Below are positions 10,142-20,769 of a stretch of DNA of 36,087 nucleotides, piece by piece. The notes under the pieces are model-generated. The model saw only the letters and a list, made by a program, of their open reading frames with translations. It was not told the DNA's origin and did no database searches. The position numbers and the translations under genes are program-made. Position 1 is the first letter of the stretch, and each line of letters starts with the position of its first letter. Origin of the DNA: Octopus bimaculoides (taxonomy: Eukaryota); NCBI RefSeq assembly GCF_001194135.2, contig NC_068991.1, positions 53,022,574 to 53,058,660 of the forward strand, written 5' to 3'.

Positions 10142-10352
10142 GATGAGCTGGCAGAATTGTTAGTACACCAGACAAAATGCTTAGCAATATTTCTTCCATC
10201 TTTACATTCTGGGTTCAAATGCTGCTGGGGTCAACTTTACCTTTCATCCTTTTTGGGTTGACAAAATAAGTACCAGTTGAGCACCAAGGTTGATGTATTC
10301 AACTTTACCCCTCCCCCGAAATTGCTGGCCTTGTGCCAAAATTTGAAACCAG
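10142..10352 (+). mobile_element. SINE family B
   Basis: Homologous to 7490-7716. Confidence 0.85.
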
Positions 10353-10544
10353 TTATATCCCTTCCCATATTTCCCACACCAAATCCCACAACTAATTTCA
10401 TCAAGAGATTCACATGTAGCTACACAGCAGCACTACACACAGTATAAACTAAGGAATCTCTACAAAGTGACTTTTACCTACCATTACAACTTTGTAAAAC
10501 TACAAACACCTAAACACATATGGAACACCCAAGAACATTATTGT

Positions 10545-10843
10545 CTTTTATATTTTAGTTACTTCAGTCATTAGACAGCAGCCATGCTGGAGCACTGCCG
10601 TGAAGAATTTTTCGTTGGATGATTTGATCACAGCACCTACCTTTTTTTTAAGCCTGGTACTTATTCTATTGAACTCCTTTGTTGAACTGCTAAGTTATGG
10701 TGATATAAACACACCGACACCAGTTGTCAAACAGTGGTGGGGTACAAACACAGACACAAATGCACACACACACACACACACACATACAATGAGCGTCTTT
10801 CAGTTTCTATCTACCAAATCCACTCTCAAGACTTTGGTCAGCC
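10545..10843 (-). mobile_element. SINE family A, 3' two-thirds
   Basis: Similar to the reverse complement of 3047-3439. Confidence 0.8.
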
Positions 10844-11185
10844 TGTGACTTAACGATATTCATAATAATGATTTTTAACACTGACACAAAACTACAGATT
10901 TTGAGAAAAAAATGTTGTCACTGACATTGGTTGCACTTCTTGTTTGCTATTTTATTTTAATCAACTCCAGGAGGGTAAAAAGTAAAGCCAACTTAGGTGG
11001 AATTTGAACTCAGAACAAAAATGCTTGTAACTAAGTATAATACCGTATTTTATCTGATGCCTTGATTTTTGCTTTGGAAGCAAGACAACTAATTTTGGGA
11101 GATATATTAATTTTAATTGATCTCAATACTTTACTGTAAAACAATTTTATCAACCCTAAACATCTTCATGATATTGAATGCTGAT

Positions 11186-11397
11186 TTTAAATTTTGGTAC
11201 AAGGCCGACAAGTCTGGGGGAGGTGGTAAGTTGATTAAATTGACCTCAGTGCTCAACTGGTACTTATTTTATCAACACTGAAAAGATGAAGGTCAAATTT
11301 GATCTCAGCAAAATTTCAAATCAGAATGTAAAGATGGATGAATTGCCACTAAGCATTTTGCCCGACATGCTAAGACTTTTGTCAGCTTGCCACTTTA
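11186..11397 (-). mobile_element. SINE family B (further fragments at 10955-11015)
   Basis: Similar to the reverse complement of 7490-7716. Confidence 0.8.
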
Positions 11398-12020
11398 TGA
11401 TTTTGAATATTGGCAAACTTTCTACTTACTGTATTTCTTTTAAGTAAATAAGACTAATATCTTACTTTCTGTCTAGCTTCTGGGTGTCCCTGCTACCTGC
11501 TTTCATTGACTCCTCCAAACTTGGTTGTTATCTCTTAGAGTCTTATCTACAACACTCTTCAAATAACATGTTGCTTGCTGTTTGGTTGGTCATAGAAGAG
11601 GTCAATATTAAGTTATTTTCTGTAAGATATTAACTTCAGATTTGTCCTGGAATTCCGTTTTTTATGTGTGAATTTAGGGTCATATGGAACCCAAAATATT
11701 AACAAATTTCATTTTTTTAAATTTTTTTATCTCAAGATATGAGTTGAAGTATTTTGCTTATGAAATGATATGTCCTTAGTCTATAAAGTTAACCTAATTT
11801 CAAGCTGTGTGTTACAATATCACATCTCTCATGTTAAATAATGTCAAGATAAAGAGATCATGTCCTCTCATCTAGATTTAGAAACATCAGTCTGATAGCA
11901 AATAACAATACTTCAATTCATCTTTCAATTAACAGTCCAAGTTGACATGTTTAATGTGTTTGTCCTCTTTATGAAAGCTCATCAATAAAATATAGCTTTT
12001 TTGTAAGCCATCAAAGTATG
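11396..12020 (+). repeat. ~620-bp unclassified repeat, inverted partner at 17755-18367
   Basis: Collinear reverse-complement similarity over the whole length, with a near-identical core of about 135 bp. Confidence 0.85.
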
Positions 12021-12258
12021 AATATTCACCTTTCCATGCTGACATGGGTTAAAGAAATTCCTTGTGTTAGGTTTTTTTCTGCCAACCCTTACCTATTTTC
12101 AAGTAAGGTGATATTTCCCCTCGTCCCTTAAACAGGACCAGCACAATAACTGGTTATGTTTTCATAGAAACCTGCAAACGAATGACTGCTTGTATGATGG
12201 TACACTTTGTTTACAAACAGAAAAACATAGAAATACAAACACACATACACACATACAA

Positions 12259-12391
12259 TGTCTACCAAATTCACTCACAAGACTTTGGTCACCCAGAGCT
12301 ATAGAAAAAAAACATGGGCCAAAGTGCTACTATGTGGGAGTGAATCTGAACCCATATAGTTGTGAAATGAACTTCTTAATCACACAACCAT
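12259..12391 (-). mobile_element. SINE family A, 5' half (diverged)
   Basis: CTACCAAATTCACTCACAAGACTTTGGTC motif. Confidence 0.7.
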
Positions 12392-12829
12392 AGATACACA
12401 CATGTATCTGGAATGTTGTACTTTTATTAGGACCACTCATGGAGGCCAAGGTCAAAGAAGAGAAGTGAGACTAAATGTGACCTGTCTCCACTTCAAGATT
12501 CCCATGGCCTAGCAAGTGGACGTTGATGAAAACAATGGCTGAACTGGCAGAGGATGGCAATGACAGAGTCTGGCTGATACCACTTTAGACTGCGACCAAT
12601 TCAGAGGAAATCTGTCGCAATTTCATCATTTGATATTGCCTGTTTCAGTTTACATCTTCTGCAGACGATGGTTCTAAAACTATTGTGCATATGTGGGTCA
12701 CATCCTAGCAAGTTGAGACCCACTCTAAATAAATCCACAGCATTTGGTATTTCTATCTGCTGATATTTCCTTCAGCTAAGAAAAATTGAAATTCTAACAT
12801 AAGAAACAGCCACTGTCACCAATATATCG

Positions 12830-13690
12830 TCATCATTATTATCATCCTTTAACATCCATTTTCCATGTTGGAATGAGTTGGACAGTTTGGCCAGAGCTGA
12901 GAGCTGCACCAGGTCATAGTCTGATTTGGCTTGGTTTCTACAGCTGGATGCCCTTCCTAATGCCAACCACACCAAGAATGCTTTTGCTTGCCACTGACAC
13001 AAGCACTTTTATGTAGCACCAGCACTTTTATGTAGCACCAGCACCAGATTTTTGCAGGTCAATCCTCGTCACCAACGGATGTGGCTTTAACACTTCTGCT
13101 GTGGAGGACAAGTCTCCTTGAGTACAGCAAGACACCAGATATCTTGGTCCTTTGTCATCTTAGCCAAAAGTTTCAGTGTCTTAAAGGTCATCCTTCAGCA
13201 TTTCATTCCATGTCTTCCTGGGTCTCCCTCTTCCATGAGTTCCATTTACTTTGAGTGAACGACACTTCTTTATGGCGCTATCAGCATCCATCTGCATCAC
13301 TTGACCAACCCAACGTAGTCTCCTCTCTCTGGCACAGTGCATCTAATTCCTCTTATGCTTAACCTCTCTCTCAATATACTAACACTCTGTTGCACATGTA
13401 CACTTACATTACACACTCAGCGGAGCATACTAACCGCATTTCCCTCTAGTCTTTGTATGTCCTCTGCATTCAGGGCCCACATCTCACTATCATGTAGAAT
13501 TACAGTTTGTATGCATGCATCATAAAATCTTCTTTTCACTTGGAGAGAGAAAACTTTGGTTATCAACAGAGGTAAAAGCTCTCTGAATTTTCTCCACCCT
13601 ACTCTAGCTATTACACTCTCTGTACATCCTCCTCCACTACTAATTTGTTCCCCTAGGTAGCAGAAATTATCCACTACCTCTAAAGAGCCT
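12830..13690 (-). mobile_element. RTE-clade LINE relic: RT C-terminus, 3' UTR and tail
   Basis: Minus strand SLEVVDNFCYLGEQISSGGGCTES...GWRKFRELLPLL...LHDSEMWAL, then GRPRKTW-like sequence, ending in a (GAT)n-type tail. Confidence 0.9.
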
Positions 13691-13694
13691 CTGG

Positions 13695-13862
13695 GGTATT
13701 TGAGTACTCTGTGTGAAGTGGTTGACATTAGAAAGGTCACCCAGTTGCAAAAGAAACCATGCCAAAGCAGACTTTGAAGCATGATGCATTCCTTGAAACT
13801 AATGGATCCTATTAAACTATCCAACCTATGCCAACATGGAAGGCAAACATTGAAAGATGATT
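13695..13862 (+). mobile_element. RTE-type 3' tail fragment, head-to-head with the previous element
   Basis: GTGGTTGACATTAGAAAGGTCACCCAG...CCAACCTATGCCAACATGGAAGGC...GATGATTGAT. Confidence 0.7.
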
Positions 13863-14304
13863 GATAGTTAATGGTACATACACATACACACTCACAGATG
13901 CACACATATATACATATATGTATACACATACAGTCACATACAGTTGATCTCTTTGTTTTCTTGTCTTAACTAAAGTACTGAAAACATACTTTCCTCAGAC
14001 AGTGACATCATAATATATCATTAACTTTGGTACATTTTAAATGCAATCTCACAGTGGCTGCTTTGTATCCTAATTAATGTATTACAGAAGCATTTGATTA
14101 TTAGCCCCAGGCCAGCAGTCTTTGAACAGCTCTATGATAAAAGGCAATCCATCCATAACCATCCAATCTATTATTCAAACTGTCTATCTAAGACTATATT
14201 TTCTAATGTGTCCTTCATGTTTACAAAGTTAGTAAGGTTTAATTTGAGGGGTATTTTAGTTGCTATTTCTAGCAGGTCAAACATCCATGTAGAGACGCAC
14301 TCAC

Positions 14305-14363
14305 TGGTTTGACAGTAGCTGGTCTGTTTAATGCAGTGTCACTGTTGCTGCTGTTAAGAACTT
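14305..14363 (-). CDS. Candidate short exon (59 nt, phase 1-0)
   Basis: Acceptor gtttcttatcag, strong donor CCA/gtgagt, open frame xVLNSSNSDTALNRPATVKP. Opposite strand to the other candidates. Confidence 0.3.
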
Positions 14364-14849
14364 CTGATAAGAAACTAGCTGTGATTATGAATTACTTTTC
14401 TCTCCATATTATCTATTTATTTATTACAAAATCTCTAGTTTAAGAAGAATTTTTTTAATAATTTTACCCAGTCACATTGGTATTATTTGATTAAGAGTAA
14501 ATAGTCACTTTTTCCTAAACCGAAATCTAGTTTGTAATTTTACAATTAAAAAAGTGTTTATTTTAGTATTGGAATTATTGGAATGATGCTTTGTAATCAG
14601 ATGCTCTGACACAAGTCAACAGAAGGTAGTTAGATTACAGTGTCATTCAGGACTGGTTGCTGGGCAGTTCACTAGAGTCTGCCCTGTGAGAATTCAAACA
14701 TTGATGCTATGCACCATAAAAAATACTGTGTTCTATTCTGTCTTTATGAAAAATGTTTAATGTTTATTAAGTTCTTGACTTGAAGTTTAGGATTGTATCA
14801 TTCCTTGCACTAAATTATAAGAAGGAACGGGGGAGGAGGAGGAGATTAA

Positions 14850-15014
14850 GGATATGTATGTGTGTGTATGTGTGCGTGTATATATATATCCTTTAATGTC
14901 CATTTTCCATGCTGGCATGGGTTGCACACACACACACACACACACACACAGTATACTATGTGTATGTGTATGTGTATGTGTGTGTGTGTATGTACATACA
15001 TATACATATATTTG

Positions 15015-15054
<40 letters not shown>

Positions 15055-15122
15055 CATACATACATATATATACATACATACATACATATATATATAAATG
15101 CGTGCATGTGTGTGTGTGTGTG
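14850..15122. repeat. Compound (TA)/(CA)/(TG)/(TACA) microsatellite
   Basis: Direct reading; contains a short RTE tail remnant at about 14892-14925. Confidence 0.95.
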
Positions 15123-15619
15123 TTAACTGGTCTTAGCCTTTGGGTAGCAATTTCAAACCATTCCTAAGCTATTTCAGATATGTAGTTGACTTGTGATAAG
15201 CAGACTGTCCCAAAATAGTTCCCACTCTCCCATTCACTCTCTCTCCTGCTATCTTTGACATACTCCAGCTGTATACAACTAGCAACATTCATTCAAATCC
15301 CTCTAAATATTTACAGTAGTGGACTAAAAGTCATAAATATGTTGGCTTGTTTTTGAATTAAACTGTTTATTTTTGGACATTCTTTTTATAGATGCCTTCT
15401 TTAGAAGAGAAAGATGAAAAAACACAGTGTTCTATACAACACGAAGCTAACTTCACAAATATTTATGATTGAATCCCTCATTCAGTTAATTTTATTAGAA
15501 GGGTTTTTTCCAGTTTTTATTTCACTAATTAGCAAAAGAAAAAAAAAAACTTGAGTCTGAAGAAATTTGTGAAGATCTGCATCAACAATAAAAAGAAGAA
15601 AGTTAAAGTTCTTACCACA

Positions 15620-15768
15620 GGCATGGGCATGGCTGTATGGTAAGAAGCTTGCTTCACAACCACATGGTTCCAGGTTCAGTTTCACCTTGTGGCACCCCAC
15701 GCAAGTATATTCTACTACAACCTAAGCCCTGTAAGTGGATTTAGTACATGAAAATTGAAAGAAGCTTG

Positions 15769-15770
<2 letters not shown>
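15620..15770 (+). mobile_element. SINE family A, 5' half
   Basis: Head homologous to 3047. Confidence 0.75.
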
Positions 15771-15801
<31 letters not shown>

Positions 15802-15925
15802 GGACTCTCCTGATGTGAGACGCTGTATGAGGGTTTGACAATTTCTTACTGAACAACCACACAGATGATTTGTTTATAGTGATCGAATATTTGTGTAGAC
15901 ACAAGCTAACTTCCTTCATCAAATC

Positions 15926-16067
15926 GACATTTTGCTTGTACAAGTGCAACTGGATGCCACATGTCAGATGTCGAAATGATCGTAGAGCAACATGAGATGA
16001 AGTGCTTAGCTCAAGACACATGATCTCACAATTGTGAGTACAATGCCCTAACCACTAAGCCATGTGC
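15926..16067 (-). mobile_element. SINE family C-like fragment
   Basis: Ends in CCCTAACCACTAAGCCATGTGCC, the reverse complement of the family C head. Confidence 0.65.
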
Positions 16068-16121
16068 CATCAAAGATCTTGTAAATGAAATAGAAAAACA
16101 AAGTATGTATACATACATACA

Positions 16122-16154
<33 letters not shown>

Positions 16155-16811
16155 GTAAGCTTTGAATACTGCAGGGTGGCCATCTACCACTAAATCAGCT
16201 CATAATCAATAAGGAGAAGAATGCCTACAAGGCTTTTAGTCCATGATAAATGATTATCAGAGTTGAATAGATCCAGAGATGACCAATGTATGTCTAGATT
16301 GTAATGGAATACCAATCCTATCTCTTCCATAACATAATTAATTCTACTAATCTAAATATGATAGACTAATGGAACAATCAAAAGAAAGTGAAAAAATAGC
16401 TTCAGCTAAAGGAGCAAGATTAAATTTCTACTGAGGCAACCACAACAACAATTTTGCTTCTGACAATCATATCATTCAATTGACAGACTAAATCATTTAT
16501 GGGTATAGACTTAGCAATTAGTGTACAAAGACAATTATGTCATGTGAAAAATTGTTATGTAATTTTATAAATTTTATTTTATAAAATATTTCTAATGTTT
16601 CTCTCAAGTAATTTTGGTATAATAATTCCCTGAGGGAATATATGAATTTAACAATCTGACAATTTTGATATAGAGTTAATTCATGTGCTCTGTTGTAGTA
16701 TGTTGCATAATGTAGTTCTCAAAGAGTAATTAGCAAAATTTGCACTTCTAAATTGTATATTCTAAATATTGTCTTGCACATTGGTATTGGCATCAGGAAT
16801 GACAGTGGCAT

Positions 16812-16990
16812 AATCGTTTTAAGGTCAACTTTTCCATGCATGCATGGCTCAGATGGAATTTGTTAAGGTTGGATTTTCTATGGCTGGATGCTCTTTCTGT
16901 TTCCAACTTTCAGTTGTTTCCAAGCAAGATTTCAACATGGCCAGACTTGCTTTCCATGGAAGATTGATAAATGAGCAGCACTGCTTGTGA
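16812..16990 (-). mobile_element. RTE-type tail variant (similar copy at 12020-12200)
   Basis: TTTTCCATGCATGCATGG...GGCTGGATGCTCTTTCTG motif. Confidence 0.55.
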
Positions 16991-17110
16991 GATGGTGAGG
17001 CTCATTTGCAACTATCACACAATATCAAAATCAGGAGGTGCGCACGCATGCACACGCACACACACTCTGTCTGTCTGTCTCTCTTTCTCTCACACACACA
17101 CATGCATGTA

Positions 17111-17268
17111 CATCACAAGCTTCTTTCAGTTTTTCTGTCAAATCTACTTAGAAGACTTTGGTCTGTCCAAGGCTATAGCAGAAGACACTTATCAAGTTGC
17201 CACAAAATGGGACTAAACCCAAAACTATATGATTAACTAGCAAACTTCTTAAACATGCAGTCACACCT
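17111..17268 (-). mobile_element. SINE family A, 5' half
   Basis: Similar to the reverse complement of the 3047 head. Confidence 0.7.
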
Positions 17269-17274
17269 GTATAT

Positions 17275-17402
17275 NNNNNNNNNNNNNNNNNNNNNNNNNN
17301 NNNNNNNNNNNNNNNNNNNNNNNNNNNNNNNNNNNNNNNNNNNNNNNNNNNNNNNNNNNNNNNNNNNNNNNNNNNNNNNNNNNNNNNNNNNNNNNNNNNN
17401 NN
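17275..17402. other. Assembly gap
   Basis: Run of N. Confidence 1.
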
Positions 17403-17548
17403 TGTGTCTTGGAAGAATCATTACACCAATATTAATAAACATGTGCTCTGTGCATGTGTTTATTATTATAACATCCCCAAAACACAAGATTGGTTTCAAC
17501 ACACGAACTCACATCAAGGATCTTGCAAATGAAATAGAAAAACAAAGT

Positions 17549-17591
<43 letters not shown>

Positions 17592-17754
17592 TTCTGTACT
17601 AGCATTAGATAAAACATACATTTTTAATCTCGGTACATATCTACACACACATACACACACACATATATATATATAGACACATGTGTGCACATACACACAC
17701 ACACACACACATGCACATATGTGAATTAAAAATTCAGTATTTTTCCATTGCTCA

Positions 17755-18367
17755 TTAATACTTCAACATATTGCAAAGAAGCTATATCATATTGATGAAC
17801 TTTCAAAAAGAGGATAAACATATTGGACATGTCAACATGGACTGCTAATTCAAATTTGAGTTGATGCATTGTTATTTGCCATCAGATTGATATTTCTAAG
17901 TCTAGATGAGAGAACATGATCTCTTTATCTAGACATTATCTTATATGTGAGATGTGATGTTTTAACACATAGCTCAAAATTAGGTTAACTTTATGAACTA
18001 AGAACATATCATTTCATAAACAAAATACTTCAAACGATATCTTGAGATTGTACCCCCACCCCAAAAAAAAAACTTACAAATTAAAAAAATATTTTGGGTT
18101 CTATATGACCCTAAATTCATATAGAAAAGAGGATTCCAAGACAAATCTGAATAAAATAACTTAATATTGACCACTTCTAAGGCCAACCAAACAGTTGTTT
18201 GAATAGTGTTGTAGATAAGACTCTAAGAGATAACAACCAACTTTGGAGAAGTCAATGAAAGCAGGTAGCAGGGATACCCAGAAGCTAGACAGAAAGTAAG
18301 ATATTAGTCTTATTTACTTAAAAAGAAATATAGTAAGTAGAAGGTTTGCCAGTAGTCAATATCATGA
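17755..18367 (-). repeat. Inverted partner of 11396-12020
   Basis: See 11396-12020. Confidence 0.85.
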
Positions 18368-18444
18368 AGACACTAGGGTTGATAAAATTGTTTTACCAGC
18401 TAAGTTCGGAGAACAATTAAAGCTAATATATCTTCCAAAATATA

Positions 18445-18568
18445 GCATATGGTTTCAGGTTCATTCCCACTGTGCAGCACATTGGGCAAATGTTTTCTAC
18501 TATTGTCTCAGGTCAACCAATGCCTTGTAAGTGAGTGTGGTAGACAGAAACTGTGTGGAAGCTCATCA
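18445..18568 (+). mobile_element. SINE family A fragment running into (TACA)n
   Basis: GGTTTCAGGTTCATTCCCACTG...GGTAGACAGAAACTG. Confidence 0.7.
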
Positions 18569-18580
18569 TACATACATACA

Positions 18581-18613
<33 letters not shown>

Positions 18614-18802
18614 GCATACATACATGCACACATGCACACATACATACATACACACACACACACACATACATACATACATACATACATGCATACATGCACA
18701 CATACATGCATACACACATACACACACATACATACATACATAAATACATACACACATACACACATACACACATACACACATACATACATACATACATACA
18801 TA
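18569..18802. repeat. (TACA)/(CA) compound microsatellite
   Basis: Direct reading. Confidence 0.95.
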
Positions 18803-19306
18803 TAGGGTGTGTAAGATATCTGAGGACAGATTTATGTTTATAAAAAATCATATATATAAGAGATAAAAACTTTATTTATCAAAAAAATGCTATGAGGATA
18901 AAAATAAACCTTCTTTACTATAATGTTATTCAATAAAGCCACCTTCAGCTTCAACAGCTGCTTCTATATGAGATCTAAATCCTCCACATGCTCGAATCAA
19001 GTGGTTCTGGTTCATTATGGACATGACTCTGACTATGACAGCTTTCAAAGAATCTTTGGTGTTATGGGCGTGTTCATTACCTCTCTCTCAACAACGTTCC
19101 ACATGTAATAGTCCAATGGATTGAGATCTGGGGAATTAAGAGGCCAAATGTTAGGGATTATGTGATCATGAAAATTTTCAGCCATCCATTCCTGGGTTAC
19201 TAGAACCATGTGTGATAGTGCAGAGTCTTACTGAAACACATATGGCCTTCCATTGCATACACTGTCTATCCAGGGCTTAACAAATATTTCCAGGACCTCA
19301 ATGTAG
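18803..19306 (-). mobile_element. Tc1/mariner DD37D (maT-type) transposase relic with 3' TIR
   Basis: Minus strand YIEVLEIFVKPWID...YVFQ*DSALSH...IWPLNSPDLNPLDYYMWNVVE...IEAAVEAEGGFIE* (stop 18926-18928). 37 residues lie between the second and third Asp. The end reads TA-TAGGGTGTGTAAG, like a CAGGGTG TIR. Confidence 0.9.
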
Positions 19307-19431
19307 GACTATGTTGAGAAGAAGGGATGTGATCCACAGAGAACCAGCTTCATTTTGATGTATGATACATGTTCCTGTGTTGGTAATTATACCTGTCCTA
19401 AATAAAATGGCATTACTTTTTGACTCACCCT

Positions 19432-19588
19432 CATCATCATCATCATCATCATCGTTTAGCGTCCACTTTCCATGCTAGTATGGGTTGGACGATTTGACTG
19501 AGAACTGGCAAGCCAGAAGGCTGCACCAGGCTTCAATCTGATCTGGCAGAGTTTCTACAGCTGGATGCCCTTCCTAACGCCAACCACT
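19432..19588 (-). mobile_element. RTE-type 3' tail, well conserved
   Basis: (CAT)n-CGTTTAGCGTCCACTTTCCATGCTAG...CCTAACGCCAACCACT; matches 28260-28420. Confidence 0.85.
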
Positions 19589-19619
19589 AAAAATATATAC
19601 TGCATTTATTCATGTTTTA

Positions 19620-19735
19620 GTCACATTTGCTTATAAGTCACACCCTTAATTTAGCATTTAATCTTGATACACAATTTTTTACCCTTCATAATTTTGGCTT
19701 TGCCCCTTATAAGTTACACCCCAGTTTTTTCAGCT
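19620..19735. mobile_element. Possible pogo/Tigger-like terminal fragment
   Basis: Two copies of TATAAGT(C/T)ACACCC; no partner end found. Confidence 0.25.
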
Positions 19736-19839
19736 GAAATCAAGTATAATATCGTCTCCAGCTGGCTATATGATACGATCTGTGTCCTTATATTTTTGAA
19801 CAAGGGAATCTAGCAACCCCCACTCAGTTCAAAGCAATA

Positions 19840-19884
19840 TCTGTGTATTGCGATTTCTGACTTATTTCCTTTCATCAGCACAGA
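19840..19884 (-). ncRNA. Type I hammerhead motif, unit 1
   Basis: TCTGTG-CTGATGA-AAGGAAATAAGTCA-GAAA-TCGCAA-TA-CACAGA; 6-bp stem I, intact core boxes, weak stem II. Confidence 0.7.
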
Positions 19885-20204
19885 ATAATTGTTCTGGCTA
19901 GAGTTGGTACTGCCAAATTCCCATTCAAAATATATAGTTTTCAAAGTGACAACTAGACACTGATCTATAAATTAGAAAATTACTACTTTTAAATCTCACA
20001 ATGTGAGATATTCAACAACAATACTTTGAAGTAAAGATTGTTTGCCAACATAACATGGCAGTCCTGGTTTAGGACGAATGTTGCTGTAATTTAGCTCCAG
20101 GAGACATCGTCTGCTGTTGGCTTTATGACACGATCTGTGTCCTTATATTTTCAAACAAGGGAATCTAGCACCACCACCCCCCCTCACCTCAGTTCAAAAC
20201 AATA

Positions 20205-20249
20205 TCTGTGTATCGTGATTTCTGGCTTATTTCCCTTCATCAGCACAGA
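20205..20249 (-). ncRNA. Type I hammerhead motif, unit 2
   Basis: TCTGTG-CTGATGA-AGGGAAATAAGCCA-GAAA-TCACGA-TA-CACAGA; stem II GG/CC only. Confidence 0.72.
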
Positions 20250-20653
20250 ATAATTGTTTGGCTAGAGATGGCGCTGCCAAATTCCCATTCGAAATATATA
20301 GTTTTCAAAGTGACAACTAGTCCCTGATCTATAAATTAGAAAATTACTATTTTTAAATCTCACGAGAGATATTCAGCAACAGTACTTTGGAGTAAAGATT
20401 GTTTGCCAACATAGCATGGTCAATTAAATTTAAGTACAAACTTTTCCAGTTTGAATTACTTCCTAATACAAATCTGTTTTTGAAACTTTGTGCTATTTTT
20501 CATGAACTGATCTGGTAGTCCTGATGTAAACCTGTTTATGACAAATAAAATATGAATAAAAAAATAGGTGCTAACGACAACTGAAATCTTCCTTCATTGG
20601 TAATAATAGCATTGCAATACACAAGTGCTTAACTCATCTCTCCCATTTTTTAG

Positions 20654-20722
20654 TTCAAGACTTAAATCTACCATGTGGTTTGAGGTTCCATTTTTGAACA
20701 ATCTTTCAAACATAACAAGCTG
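20654..20722 (+). CDS. Candidate short exon (69 nt, phase 2-2)
   Basis: Acceptor ctctcccattttttag, donor CTG/gtaaca, open frame xSRLKSTMWFEVPFLNNLSNITSx. Confidence 0.28.
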
Positions 20723-20769
20723 GTAACAGCCTGCAGTTGCCTGTCAACTAAATTTAGTATGCATTTTTC

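Larger units (their letters stand above)
19751..20418 (-). repeat. ~1.9-unit tandem repeat (period about 355-365 bp), one hammerhead per unit; retrozyme-like
   Basis: 19752-20057 aligns with 20106-20418; HHR motifs 365 bp apart; no ORF. Confidence 0.85.

Noticed and set aside
19751-20418. Tandem repeat as a CRISPR-like array
   Set aside because: Eukaryotic context, long units, no repeat-spacer alternation and no cas genes.
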